From the NCBI GenBank assembly GCA_964638955.1, contig CAZWZQ010000012.1, forward strand, positions 2,093 through 66,092: DNA of 64,000 nt. Reading direction: 5' to 3'. Both the position numbers and the translations under genes were made by a program. The notes beneath the pieces are model-generated. The model ran no database searches. It had not been told where the DNA came from and saw nothing but the letters and a program-made list of their open reading frames with translations. Source of the stretch: an uncultured Rikenellaceae bacterium (GTDB lineage Bacteria > Bacteroidota > Bacteroidia > Bacteroidales > VadinHA17). Position 1 is the stretch's first letter, and each line of letters begins with the position of its first letter. This document shows positions 46,779 to 56,095 of the stretch, one piece after another.

Positions 46779-48596
46779 ATGATTAAAAAAATTACTATTA
46801 TTCTGATCATTCTGAGTATGATTCTTACCTCTGCTTCTTTCAAGGATAAGAAGGCAAAGCATACATTTAAATTCAGCGAGACGGAATTCCTGCTCGATGG
46901 CGATCCATTTCAGATAATAAGCGGGGAGCTGCATCCTGCCAGGATACCTTCTGAATACTGGAGGCACAGAGTTAAAATGGCAAAGGCAATGGGATGCAAT
47001 ACAATATCAGCATATATTTTCTGGAATTACCACGAACAGGAAGAGGGAGTATATGATTTTTCGACCGGTAGCCATAATATCAGGGAGTTTATTGAAATAG
47101 TGAAGGATGAAGGGATGTGGCTTATTGTAAGACCCGGCCCCTATGTATGTGCTGAATGGGAGCTTGGAGGAATACCTCCATACCTCCTCCGCATTCCTGA
47201 TATAAAACTGAGGAGTACAGATACACGATATATGGCTGCCGCTGAGAGATATATGGCAAGGCTGGCGGAAGAGATAAAACCTTATGTGATTACGAATGAC
47301 GGTCCTATTCTGATGATCCAGATCGAAAATGAATACGGCAGCTATGGCAATGATAAGGATTATATATCCAGACTAAGGGAAATATGGCTTGAGAACGGAA
47401 TAAATGTTCCTGCATTTACCGGTGACGGTCCCTCAATAAAAATGCTGGAAGCAGGAACTCTTCCGGGTTGTGCTGTTGGACTTGATTCAGGAAGTTCTGA
47501 GAGTGACTTTGAACTTGCCATGAAAATAAATCCGGGAGTGCCTGTATTCAGCAGCGAAACATATACCGGCCGGCTTACACACTGGGGTGAGGAGTGGGCC
47601 AACCCTGATACTACTGAACTTCTAAAAGAGGTTAAGTTCCTGATGGACAACAGGAAATCATTTAACCTGTATGTTATTCACGGAGGCACCAACTTTGGGT
47701 TCACTGCGGGAGCCAATTCGGGACGAAAAGGTTATGAACCCGCTGTTACAAGCTATGACTACAATGCACCGATAAATGAACAGGGAAAGCCGACATCAAA
47801 ATATATGTCACTACGCAAATTGATAGGGTCCTATCTTCCGGGGAAGGAAAAACTACCTCCAATACCTGACTCCATACCGGCAATAGAAGTCCAGCTGATA
47901 TTTCCTACCCATTTTACATCAATATGGGACAATCTCCCGCAACCTGTTAATTCGGAAAAGCCACTGACATTTGAAGCCTGTGGTCAGGATTATGGTTTTA
48001 TTCTGTACAGGACTGAACTAACAGATAAGAAATGCGGAAAACTTACTGTGACCGGTATCCATGATTATGCAACGGTCTTTATTGATGGTAAGTACCTGGG
48101 TAATCTTGACCGGAGGGAAGATATTGATACAATAACTATCCCCGAAACCTCTTCGGCCAGTCCGGTTCTTGAATTGCTTGTAGAAGGTATGGGAAGAATC
48201 AACTATGGTCCTGAGTTGTATGACAGGAAAGGTATAACCGGCAGTGTCAAACTTGATGAGATGACCCTTGATAACTGGCAGATTTATAATCTGCCAATGG
48301 ACCATAAATTCATTTACGAACTTCGTTCTTCAAGTAAAATTGTTAATAAGCCCGGTATTTTCTTCAAGGGAAATTTTTCACTTGCTTATACAGGCGATAC
48401 GTATATTGATATTGCAAATTACAAAAAGGGTATTGTCTGGGTTAACGGGCACAATCTTGGTCGCTACTGGGATGTAGGTCCACAGAAAAGACTCTTTTGT
48501 CCTGCATCATTCATAAGGCCGGGAATAAACGAGATAATTATACTTGACCTGCATCTGACTCAGCCTAAACCTGTTGCGGGAATGCCTGCAATGTGA
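46779..48596 (+). CDS. Secreted GH35 beta-galactosidase
   Basis: Signal peptide, SGELHPARIP, QIENEYG (acid/base), SETYTG (nucleophile), YVIHGGTNFG. Confidence 0.9.
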   Translation: MIKKITIILIILSMILTSASFKDKKAKHTFKFSETEFLLDGDPFQIISGELHPARIPSEYWRHRVKMAKAMGCNTISAYIFWNYHEQEEGVYDFSTGSHNIREFIEIVKDEGMWLIVRPGPYVCAEWELGGIPPYLLRIPDIKLRSTDTRYMAAAERYMARLAEEIKPYVITNDGPILMIQIENEYGSYGNDKDYISRLREIWLENGINVPAFTGDGPSIKMLEAGTLPGCAVGLDSGSSESDFELAMKINPGVPVFSSETYTGRLTHWGEEWANPDTTELLKEVKFLMDNRKSFNLYVIHGGTNFGFTAGANSGRKGYEPAVTSYDYNAPINEQGKPTSKYMSLRKLIGSYLPGKEKLPPIPDSIPAIEVQLIFPTHFTSIWDNLPQPVNSEKPLTFEACGQDYGFILYRTELTDKKCGKLTVTGIHDYATVFIDGKYLGNLDRREDIDTITIPETSSASPVLELLVEGMGRINYGPELYDRKGITGSVKLDEMTLDNWQIYNLPMDHKFIYELRSSSKIVNKPGIFFKGNFSLAYTGDTYIDIANYKKGIVWVNGHNLGRYWDVGPQKRLFCPASFIRPGINEIIILDLHLTQPKPVAGMPAM

Positions 48597-48645
48597 TAAA
48601 TAGTGGCTCAGAACAGAGAGCGCAGAGCAGAAGGTAGTATATTGC

Positions 48646-49899
48646 TTAGTTGATTTCGAACAATCTGCAGATGTGCCTCTCGTAAATATTTTCATATACA
48701 CATTGTCCTATTCTCTTTTCATTTGTTTCCAGCAGGTTCAGGTACTCATCTTTTTTCATGGCAGCAAGCTTGTATGCAACGTGCATAAGTTGTCTCAAAT
48801 TGGGATTATAATACCTGCTTTCAGGATTATGTTTCAGGGCAGCGGCAAATTTTCTTCCATTCCATCTGGCAACATCCTGTTTTTTTGGCAGTAATGATGT
48901 ATTAATATTTATCACATCGGCATATGGCGCACAGAGCTCTTCAATTCTTTTCAGTGCTTCATAATAAAGAGATTTTACAAATGACAGGGCTTTTTCCCCT
49001 GATTCCGTGAGCCCGATAACCTCTTCAAGCCATGTGGTGCCGGCAGTTTTAAGATGAATACCCTTATCGTGCTTTCTTATTATTGATCCTATAAAAGGAT
49101 AGATAGAAAACTTATCTGAACCGGAATGAACACTAATCTTGAGATTCTGAGGAAGTCCAAATTCCTTAACAGCAAAATCAATTACCATCAGGTCTGCTTC
49201 AAACTCATCTGCAAAATCCTCCGGGTCACCAACATAGTCAATACCTTTATTGAATCTACCTGAAAATCTGGGAGCAATAGTCTGAACAGGAATACCTTCT
49301 TCACCAAGCATTTTAAGGATGAAAAATAACTCTGCAGGTGTCTGTGGTTGTGGCACTTCATCCATGGATACTTCAGTAATGAAATTCCCTTTACCTCTTA
49401 ACTTTTCTATTTTTCTGTATATTTCCCGGGCCTTGATCATTGCAAAGAGATATTTTTCAGCAATGGCAGCTATCTGGTTGATACTGATATCCAGAGACCT
49501 TTTTAATCCCGGAATTTTCAACTTCCCGGAGTATTTTTCAGCTCCTGTAAGAAATGTCTGTATTTCATCGTTTCCGGCTCTCTGACCTATGGAGGATGCA
49601 ACATCTATTGTAAAGAAATCAGAACTTTTGATGAACCTGTCAACCGTTTCAAAATTAATATGGTCCGCATCCACATAATAGGATTTTTTGAAGCCTGCTT
49701 TTTTTATTACCTCATCAACCTCTCTCCTCACATCGTCCGGTTGCGATCCGATAATGATATGTTCCCTGTTTGATTTGTTCCAGACCGGGGTTATTTCAAT
49801 CCCGTGTCTGCCGGCTTCAATTATTGCATTAAGCTGAGCAGATCCCTGACGGCCGAACCTGTCACCTATGCCAAGTGAATATTTCCCCAGTTTAATCAT
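48646..49899 (-). CDS. uxaE: Tagaturonate-fructuronate epimerase family
   Basis: DADHIN, ISVHSGSDKFSIY, HLKTAGTTWLEE. Confidence 0.85.
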   Translation of the reverse strand: MIKLGKYSLGIGDRFGRQGSAQLNAIIEAGRHGIEITPVWNKSNREHIIIGSQPDDVRREVDEVIKKAGFKKSYYVDADHINFETVDRFIKSSDFFTIDVASSIGQRAGNDEIQTFLTGAEKYSGKLKIPGLKRSLDISINQIAAIAEKYLFAMIKAREIYRKIEKLRGKGNFITEVSMDEVPQPQTPAELFFILKMLGEEGIPVQTIAPRFSGRFNKGIDYVGDPEDFADEFEADLMVIDFAVKEFGLPQNLKISVHSGSDKFSIYPFIGSIIRKHDKGIHLKTAGTTWLEEVIGLTESGEKALSFVKSLYYEALKRIEELCAPYADVININTSLLPKKQDVARWNGRKFAAALKHNPESRYYNPNLRQLMHVAYKLAAMKKDEYLNLLETNEKRIGQCVYENIYERHICRLFEIN

Positions 49900-49928
49900 C
49901 GCTGATAGTTTAATATATTAATAGTCAT

Positions 49929-50984
49929 TTATATAAAGAAATCAACATTTTCCGAAGTAACAATATCTACAGGTAAATATTCCATTTTTGCCGGTACTTT
50001 ATTAAGCGAAAGAAAGTCAAAGAGTTTTCTGATTCCTTTATATGCTTGTTCTTCAGGCCTTTGTCCAATGAGGAACTTAATTGTACCTGATTTAAGGTAT
50101 TCCACATTTTTATCAAGAAGGTCATACCCTATCAGATTTAAAGAACCAGTGCCTTCCGATTCAATAAAGTCAGCTATCTTGTACGATTTGGAGCCTGTTA
50201 CAAATATTGTGCGTATTTCAGGATTTTTCATCAGTGTTTTACCGGCTTCCTTCCTTATGTTTTCGGGCACAGGGTCTGAGATACGGAGTTTAACTATCTT
50301 TCCCTTGTTATTGGCTGATCCGGAAAAATAGCTCAGGAATCCTTCTGTTCTGATGTTGAGATGCTGGACATTCTTTAGGTTCTTAACCATATTTACGATA
50401 AGAATATCATTGTTGACTGGTGTTATCATATCTGTAAGCTGACCTGCCACGCGGGCGCTCTGAAAGATATCCTCACCGGTATATGAAAGAAATTCGGATT
50501 CTTTAAGATAGCCATCAAGAAAAACGAAAGGAATATGCTTTCTTGTAAGATTGTTGCAGAAATATATTGATTCGGCTTTAAAGAGGGGTGCAAGAATAAC
50601 ACCGTCAGGATTCATTTCAATGATATCGCCTGCTTTTTGCTGGAAATGTTTCTCATTGAGCATATCATAAGTAACCTGGCTCAATCTTACCGGAAATGGA
50701 TCGAGTTCATTCATTGCCCTTTGTAACCCCAGTGAATGTTTTATCCAGAAAGCATTATCTTCATCTGGTTCAGGAAGAAGTGATACCAGGTGGAATTTCT
50801 TCGTGGATTTAAGTGCTCTTGCAATATAATTCGGGGAATATTTAAGGTCTTGCACGATTTTCAATATTTTCTCCCGGGTTCTTTCTGCCACTTCACCTCT
50901 CTCATGCAGAACCCTGTCAACAGTTCCTATCGAGACACCTGCACGTACTGCAATATCCTTTATCCTTGCTTTTTTTGAAGGCAT
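49929..50984 (-). CDS. LacI-family regulator of the uronate cluster
   Basis: IKDIAVRAGVSIGTVDRVL HTH followed by a periplasmic-binding-protein fold. Confidence 0.9.
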   Translation of the reverse strand: MPSKKARIKDIAVRAGVSIGTVDRVLHERGEVAERTREKILKIVQDLKYSPNYIARALKSTKKFHLVSLLPEPDEDNAFWIKHSLGLQRAMNELDPFPVRLSQVTYDMLNEKHFQQKAGDIIEMNPDGVILAPLFKAESIYFCNNLTRKHIPFVFLDGYLKESEFLSYTGEDIFQSARVAGQLTDMITPVNNDILIVNMVKNLKNVQHLNIRTEGFLSYFSGSANNKGKIVKLRISDPVPENIRKEAGKTLMKNPEIRTIFVTGSKSYKIADFIESEGTGSLNLIGYDLLDKNVEYLKSGTIKFLIGQRPEEQAYKGIRKLFDFLSLNKVPAKMEYLPVDIVTSENVDFFI

Positions 50985-50986
50985 TG

Positions 50987-52285
50987 TTAGTCAAGAACTA
51001 CCTTTTTGTTTTTTGGTGCAAAAACCGTCAGTATTATCCATGCCAGAAGATAAGCGCTTCCTGCAATGGAAAACATCACGACATAGCCTGTTTCAATAGA
51101 TCCCAGGTTCTTGAAGTGTTGGAGTATGCCGCCTGCTATATATGAAATAAATGCGCCGCCGATAGCACCTGCCATTCCACCGATTCCTGTAGCTGAGCTG
51201 ATAGCTTTCTTGGGGAATGCGTCTGAGACAGTTGTAAAGAGGTTAGCTGACCAGGCCTGGTGTGATGATGCTGCCAGGGCAATCAGACAAACAGCTCCCC
51301 AGTTGCCTATCGAAGGTGATTGGGCAAACACTATTGGTATGACCAGCAGTGCAAAGATAAGCATAGTCATTTTTCTTGCTTTGTATGGAGTCATTCCCTT
51401 TTTTATCATATAGCCTGAGACCCATCCTCCACCTATGCTCCCTACTGTGGTCATTGTATAAATGAAGGCAAGAGGCAATCCGAATGATGATACAGTGAGA
51501 CCTGCACCTCGTACAGTTGAAAGCCAACCAGGTATCCAGAACAGGTAAAACCACCAGATCGGGTCAGTTAGTCCTTTCCCTATAAAGAAGAGCCATGTCT
51601 GGCGATACTTGAGAAGCTTCAGCCATGAGACCTTTTCTTTAGTTTCTGCCTGTTCATCTGCATCACTATTAATATAAGCAAGTTCTCCTGCTGATACCTT
51701 TTTATGTTTTTCCGGTACTTCATAGAAAATGAACCAGAGAATTACCCAAAGGAAGCCTAATGCTCCAGTGATGATAAATGCTGCCTGCCATCCCCATGCA
51801 ATAACCATTGCAGGAATAGCCAGTGGTGCCAATATTGCCCCAACATTTGTTCCTGAATTGAATATACCAAAAGCAAGAGCCCGCTCTTTCTTCGGGAACC
51901 ATTCGGCGACCGACTTATTACCTGCAGGAAAGTTACCAGCCTCACTTATTCCGAGGAAACCTCTCCAGAATCCGAAACCCCACACACCTTTGGCCAGAGC
52001 ATGCCCCATTGCTGCAATACTCCATAAAATAACGGTAACACCATATCCAATTTTAGTCCCGAATTTATCTATCAGGCGACCGGCTATGACCATACCAACA
52101 CCATATAAGAGTTGAAAGGCCATGATGATATGCGAATAATCTTTTTCACCTATGCCGAGATCTGACTCCAGCAGGGGTTTTAATATCCCTATTACCTGCC
52201 TGTCGAGGTAGTTCACAGTCGTGGCAAAAAATATAAGTGCACAGACTGTCCATCTGTAGTTACTGAGTTTTTTTATTTCAGACAT
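50987..52285 (-). CDS. exuT: MFS hexuronate transporter
   Basis: VNYLDRQ, EAGNFPA, EWFPKKERA, DPIWWFYLFW. Confidence 0.88.
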   Translation of the reverse strand: MSEIKKLSNYRWTVCALIFFATTVNYLDRQVIGILKPLLESDLGIGEKDYSHIIMAFQLLYGVGMVIAGRLIDKFGTKIGYGVTVILWSIAAMGHALAKGVWGFGFWRGFLGISEAGNFPAGNKSVAEWFPKKERALAFGIFNSGTNVGAILAPLAIPAMVIAWGWQAAFIITGALGFLWVILWFIFYEVPEKHKKVSAGELAYINSDADEQAETKEKVSWLKLLKYRQTWLFFIGKGLTDPIWWFYLFWIPGWLSTVRGAGLTVSSFGLPLAFIYTMTTVGSIGGGWVSGYMIKKGMTPYKARKMTMLIFALLVIPIVFAQSPSIGNWGAVCLIALAASSHQAWSANLFTTVSDAFPKKAISSATGIGGMAGAIGGAFISYIAGGILQHFKNLGSIETGYVVMFSIAGSAYLLAWIILTVFAPKNKKVVLD

Positions 52286-52309
52286 AATCTATTATTTAAT
52301 AAAGAGATA

Positions 52310-53770
52310 TCAGACATTATATGTTGATGATGAGGTCGTTCCGCCACGGCCTGTCCAGTTGGTATGGAAAAACTCACCCCTCGGTTTATCGATACGTTCA
52401 TAGGTGTGTGCCCCGAAATAATCCCTCTGGGCCTGGAGCAGGTTTGCCGGGAGTCTTTCACAGCGATATCCGTCAAAATATCCCAGGGCAGAAGATATTG
52501 CCGGTACAGGAATGCCGTTTGCCACCGAAGCAGAAACAACATTTCTCCAGCCTTTTTGTGCATTCTCGACCTTCTGTTTGAAGAATGGATCAAGCAGCAG
52601 ATTGGTGATGGAAGGATTATTGTCAAATGCCTCCTTTATCTTACCCAGAAATGCAGAACGTATTATACAGCCTCCACGCCACATCAGTGCAATTCCACCG
52701 TAATTCAGATCCCAATTATACTCCTGTGCAGCAGCTCTCATCAGGGTATAACCCTGTGCATATGAGACTATTTTTGAAGCATAGAGAGCCTCCTTAAGAT
52801 CATTTATGAAACCAGCCTTTTCCCCTTCGAATGAGGGAGACGGCCCTCTGAGAATCTTTGACGCTTTTACCCTTTCCTCCTTTACTGCCGACAGGCATCT
52901 TGAAAAAACAGCCTCACCGATGAGGGTGAGAGGTATCCCAAGGTCAAGTGCAGCAACTCCCGTCCATTTGCCTGTTCCCTTTTGTCCGGCAGTGTCAAGT
53001 ATCTTATCCACAAGAGGTTGTCCATCAGTATCCTTAAATGCAAGAATGTCTCTCGTTATCTCAATCAGGTAACTGTTAAGTTCACCTTCATTCCAGTCTT
53101 TAAAAACGCGATGCATCTCATCGGCACTCATATGAAGAAGATCTTTCATGATCTGGTATGCTTCACATATAAGCTGCATATCACCATATTCAATCCCATT
53201 ATGAACCATTTTAACAAAATGACCTGCTCCGTTTTCTCCAACCCAGTCGCAGCATGGTGTGCCATCTTCTACCTTAGCGGCAATTGCCTGGAATATTGGT
53301 TTCACATGAGGCCAGGCTTCCTTAGAACCTCCGGGCATTATTGAGGGTCCGAGCAATGCACCCTCTTCTCCTCCCGAGACCCCTGTTCCGATATACAGAA
53401 GACCTTTGCTTTCAACCAGAGCGTTCCGTCTATTGGTGTCAGGAAAATGAGTGTTGCCTCCGTCGATTATAATATCACCTTTTTCCAGGTGCGGGATAAG
53501 GGAGCTGATCATAACATCGACTGCACTTCCGGCTTTTACCATAATCATAACTATCCTTGGCTGTTTAAGAGACTTTATAAGTTCCTCTATTGAATGAACC
53601 CCGGCAATATTTTTCCCTTTTGCCCTTCCCTCAATAAAATTGTCAACTTTCTTTAATGTACGGTTATAAACAGTTACACGGAAACCTTTGCTCTCCATGT
53701 TGAGGACAAGATTCTCCCCCATAACTGCAAGCCCTATTAGTCCGATGTCAGATAATGTATTCATAATCAA
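52310..53770 (-). CDS. gnd: NADP-dependent 6-phosphogluconate dehydrogenase
   Basis: GLAVMG, YNRT, KMVHNGIEY, QAQRDYFGAH. Confidence 0.96.
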   Translation of the reverse strand: MIMNTLSDIGLIGLAVMGENLVLNMESKGFRVTVYNRTLKKVDNFIEGRAKGKNIAGVHSIEELIKSLKQPRIVMIMVKAGSAVDVMISSLIPHLEKGDIIIDGGNTHFPDTNRRNALVESKGLLYIGTGVSGGEEGALLGPSIMPGGSKEAWPHVKPIFQAIAAKVEDGTPCCDWVGENGAGHFVKMVHNGIEYGDMQLICEAYQIMKDLLHMSADEMHRVFKDWNEGELNSYLIEITRDILAFKDTDGQPLVDKILDTAGQKGTGKWTGVAALDLGIPLTLIGEAVFSRCLSAVKEERVKASKILRGPSPSFEGEKAGFINDLKEALYASKIVSYAQGYTLMRAAAQEYNWDLNYGGIALMWRGGCIIRSAFLGKIKEAFDNNPSITNLLLDPFFKQKVENAQKGWRNVVSASVANGIPVPAISSALGYFDGYRCERLPANLLQAQRDYFGAHTYERIDKPRGEFFHTNWTGRGGTTSSSTYNV

Positions 53771-53818
53771 ATGAGTATATTATGATAGTCCATTTATTCT
53801 ATTAATTCCTTCATTTAT

Positions 53819-55090
53819 CTATATGAGTCTCTCTTTTGAACTCCACAGTCCTACTGCCGGATTAGAAATATAGAATATTTCCTCTTCATCATCCATTTTA
53901 TTAAAGCCGTCTCTCAGTTTTTTGGAATCATATTTTCTTGTTGTCTCTTCAAGTCCGGCATATTTGAATCCTACGGACTCAATCTCCTCTTTTGTCAGAT
54001 GTCCCGGGCAATATGTAACTGAAAATCTTCCTTCGGTGCTGCCATGAATGAGATGAGCCGCAGCGCTAAGGTTATTCCTGAGATCTTCATTATCTTTTAG
54101 TGCTTCAAGTGTTGCCGGTGTTCCGAAGTAACCATATTTTCTGATCAGTCTGTCAATCTCCTTATCTTCACTAAATTCTTTCAGTCCGGGAGCAAGGACG
54201 ATCAGCTCACCGTTGTCAGCCATTGCCATGCGGGTTCTGTAAATGCTTTTATTACCCAGCCATGTGCTCTTGAATTCTGAAGGATCGAGGTACACAACAA
54301 CCTTCTTCAAAGGCTTTTCAAATAGTGTGAAATTAACCTTAATGGATAATTCGGCAGCCAGTCTGAATACCTCCTCATCATCGCCTATATAAAGACCCCG
54401 GATCACAAGCCTGTCTTTTTCATCATAGCCGATTACGGTATGTACATATACAACAGGCAGGTGAGTAATAAAATGAGATGATGCATAATTAAGCATTGCT
54501 CTTAACGGATTATCAGCCTTTCCCAGGATCCTTTCAATACCGTAAATAGCACCCACAAAATGGCTTTTATTGATCCCCTCAGCACCTCCGGTACCGACAA
54601 AAAGATTCTTATTATAATTTGCCATTCCAGCCACTTCATGCGGAACTACCTGGCCAACAGACAGAATCAAATCATGACCGCCATTGTAAACCAGGTTGTT
54701 GAGCTGGGCCGGCCATGAATAATCCAGAGCTCCGTTTGTTATTTCCGAAATATATTCACCAGGCACGGTACCTGCAGTTACTACATCTTTTCTCCAGTCG
54801 TGGACACGAAACAGATCTTTCGGTACTCCTTTGAACATCTCGCTGATCTGAATATCCGTCATAGGAGCGTGTGTACCCAGGGCCGGGAGGATATCTTTTA
54901 ATCTCTTTCCATAATATTTGTAAAGAAGAACAGTAATATCACCTGCCCTGGAGTGAAACCGTGTAAAGTCAGGAGGAATGATGAGTACTTTTCTCTTTCT
55001 GCCAAGTTTAACAAGGGCAGAATAGAGTCCATATTCGAGGTCGGCAGGACTTATCACCGTATCAGGCGAACCAGTTTGATAGTATGTCAT
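53819..55090 (-). CDS. LarA-superfamily (nickel-pincer) epimerase, probably D-mannonate/D-gluconate 2-epimerase (GntE-like)
   Basis: PDFTR, ALGTH, PHEVAGMANYNKN, SH align by eye with LarA D72/R75, H108, H174/K184, H200; sits between uxuB and gnd. Confidence 0.72.
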   Translation of the reverse strand: MTYYQTGSPDTVISPADLEYGLYSALVKLGRKRKVLIIPPDFTRFHSRAGDITVLLYKYYGKRLKDILPALGTHAPMTDIQISEMFKGVPKDLFRVHDWRKDVVTAGTVPGEYISEITNGALDYSWPAQLNNLVYNGGHDLILSVGQVVPHEVAGMANYNKNLFVGTGGAEGINKSHFVGAIYGIERILGKADNPLRAMLNYASSHFITHLPVVYVHTVIGYDEKDRLVIRGLYIGDDEEVFRLAAELSIKVNFTLFEKPLKKVVVYLDPSEFKSTWLGNKSIYRTRMAMADNGELIVLAPGLKEFSEDKEIDRLIRKYGYFGTPATLEALKDNEDLRNNLSAAAHLIHGSTEGRFSVTYCPGHLTKEEIESVGFKYAGLEETTRKYDSKKLRDGFNKMDDEEEIFYISNPAVGLWSSKERLI

Positions 55091-55169
55091 TGTTAATCAA
55101 TGAATTATTATGATGTTATTCTTATATGTTGATGTATATGGCATATCGCATATCATAAATTGCCTATCT

Positions 55170-56006
55170 CTATACTCCGCTGTACGCACTGAACCCTCCA
55201 TCGACAGGTATGACCACACCAGTCACAAATTTCGACAGATCAGAAGCAAGATATATCAATGTCCCTGTAAGTTCATCCGGCGTACCGTATCTTTCCATGG
55301 GTGTACTGTTTATGATCTTCATTCCCCTTGGTGTTGATTCACCTGTCTTTTCGTCAACCAGAAGGAACCTGTTCTGATCAGTAAGAAGAAAACCGGGTGC
55401 TATTGCATTTACCCTGACACCTGTTTTGGAAAAATGTACAGCGAGCCATTGTGTGAAATTATTGACAGCCGCTTTAGCTGCAGAATACGCAGCAATTTTT
55501 GTCAGCGGCCGGTATGAATTCATCGAAGAGATATTTATTATCACGCCAGATCTCTTCTTAACCATGTCTTCACCAAACACCATTGAGGGTATCAGGGTTC
55601 CCTTGAAGTTCAGATCAAAGACCTTGTCAAAACCTTCCAGCCTGAGACCGAAAAAGGTATCTTCAGGATTTTCTTCTCCCTCTATTCTTTCAACTTTGGT
55701 TGTGGCGTCAGGTGAGTTGCCACCTGCGCCGTTTACAAGAATATCCACCATGCCAAATTTGCTGTTCACATCTCTTTTTGCCGCTTCAAGGGTATTCCTG
55801 TCAAGGACATCAGCTGAAATTCCCAGGCACGGAATTCCATATTCTTTTTCGATTTCTGAGGCTGTTACAACAGCTTTGTCTGTATTTCTATCAAGGATGA
55901 CAATCTTCACTCCATGTGCGGCCATCGATCTGGCCATCGCTGAGCAAATAACTCCGGCGCCTCCGGTAATTACTGCTACTTTATCTTTAAGGTTCAATTC
56001 ATTCAT
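55170..56006 (-). CDS. uxuB: SDR D-mannonate oxidoreductase (fructuronate reductase)
   Basis: TGGAGVIC, YSAAK, NAIAPGFLLTDQNRFLL; directly after uxaC. Confidence 0.82.
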   Translation of the reverse strand: MNELNLKDKVAVITGGAGVICSAMARSMAAHGVKIVILDRNTDKAVVTASEIEKEYGIPCLGISADVLDRNTLEAAKRDVNSKFGMVDILVNGAGGNSPDATTKVERIEGEENPEDTFFGLRLEGFDKVFDLNFKGTLIPSMVFGEDMVKKRSGVIINISSMNSYRPLTKIAAYSAAKAAVNNFTQWLAVHFSKTGVRVNAIAPGFLLTDQNRFLLVDEKTGESTPRGMKIINSTPMERYGTPDELTGTLIYLASDLSKFVTGVVIPVDGGFSAYSGV

Positions 56007-56095
56007 TAATTTATTTCTAATTTCTTATTTGAATTCTTATACCTCTCCCCGGGCGGGAGGCATTTTTAATATTTTGCATAAGAGGAGGTGAGGCA

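Noticed and set aside
53819-55090. Lactate racemase
   Set aside because: The context (uxaC, uxuB, gnd, uxaE) points to a sugar-acid epimerase; substrate is unproven.
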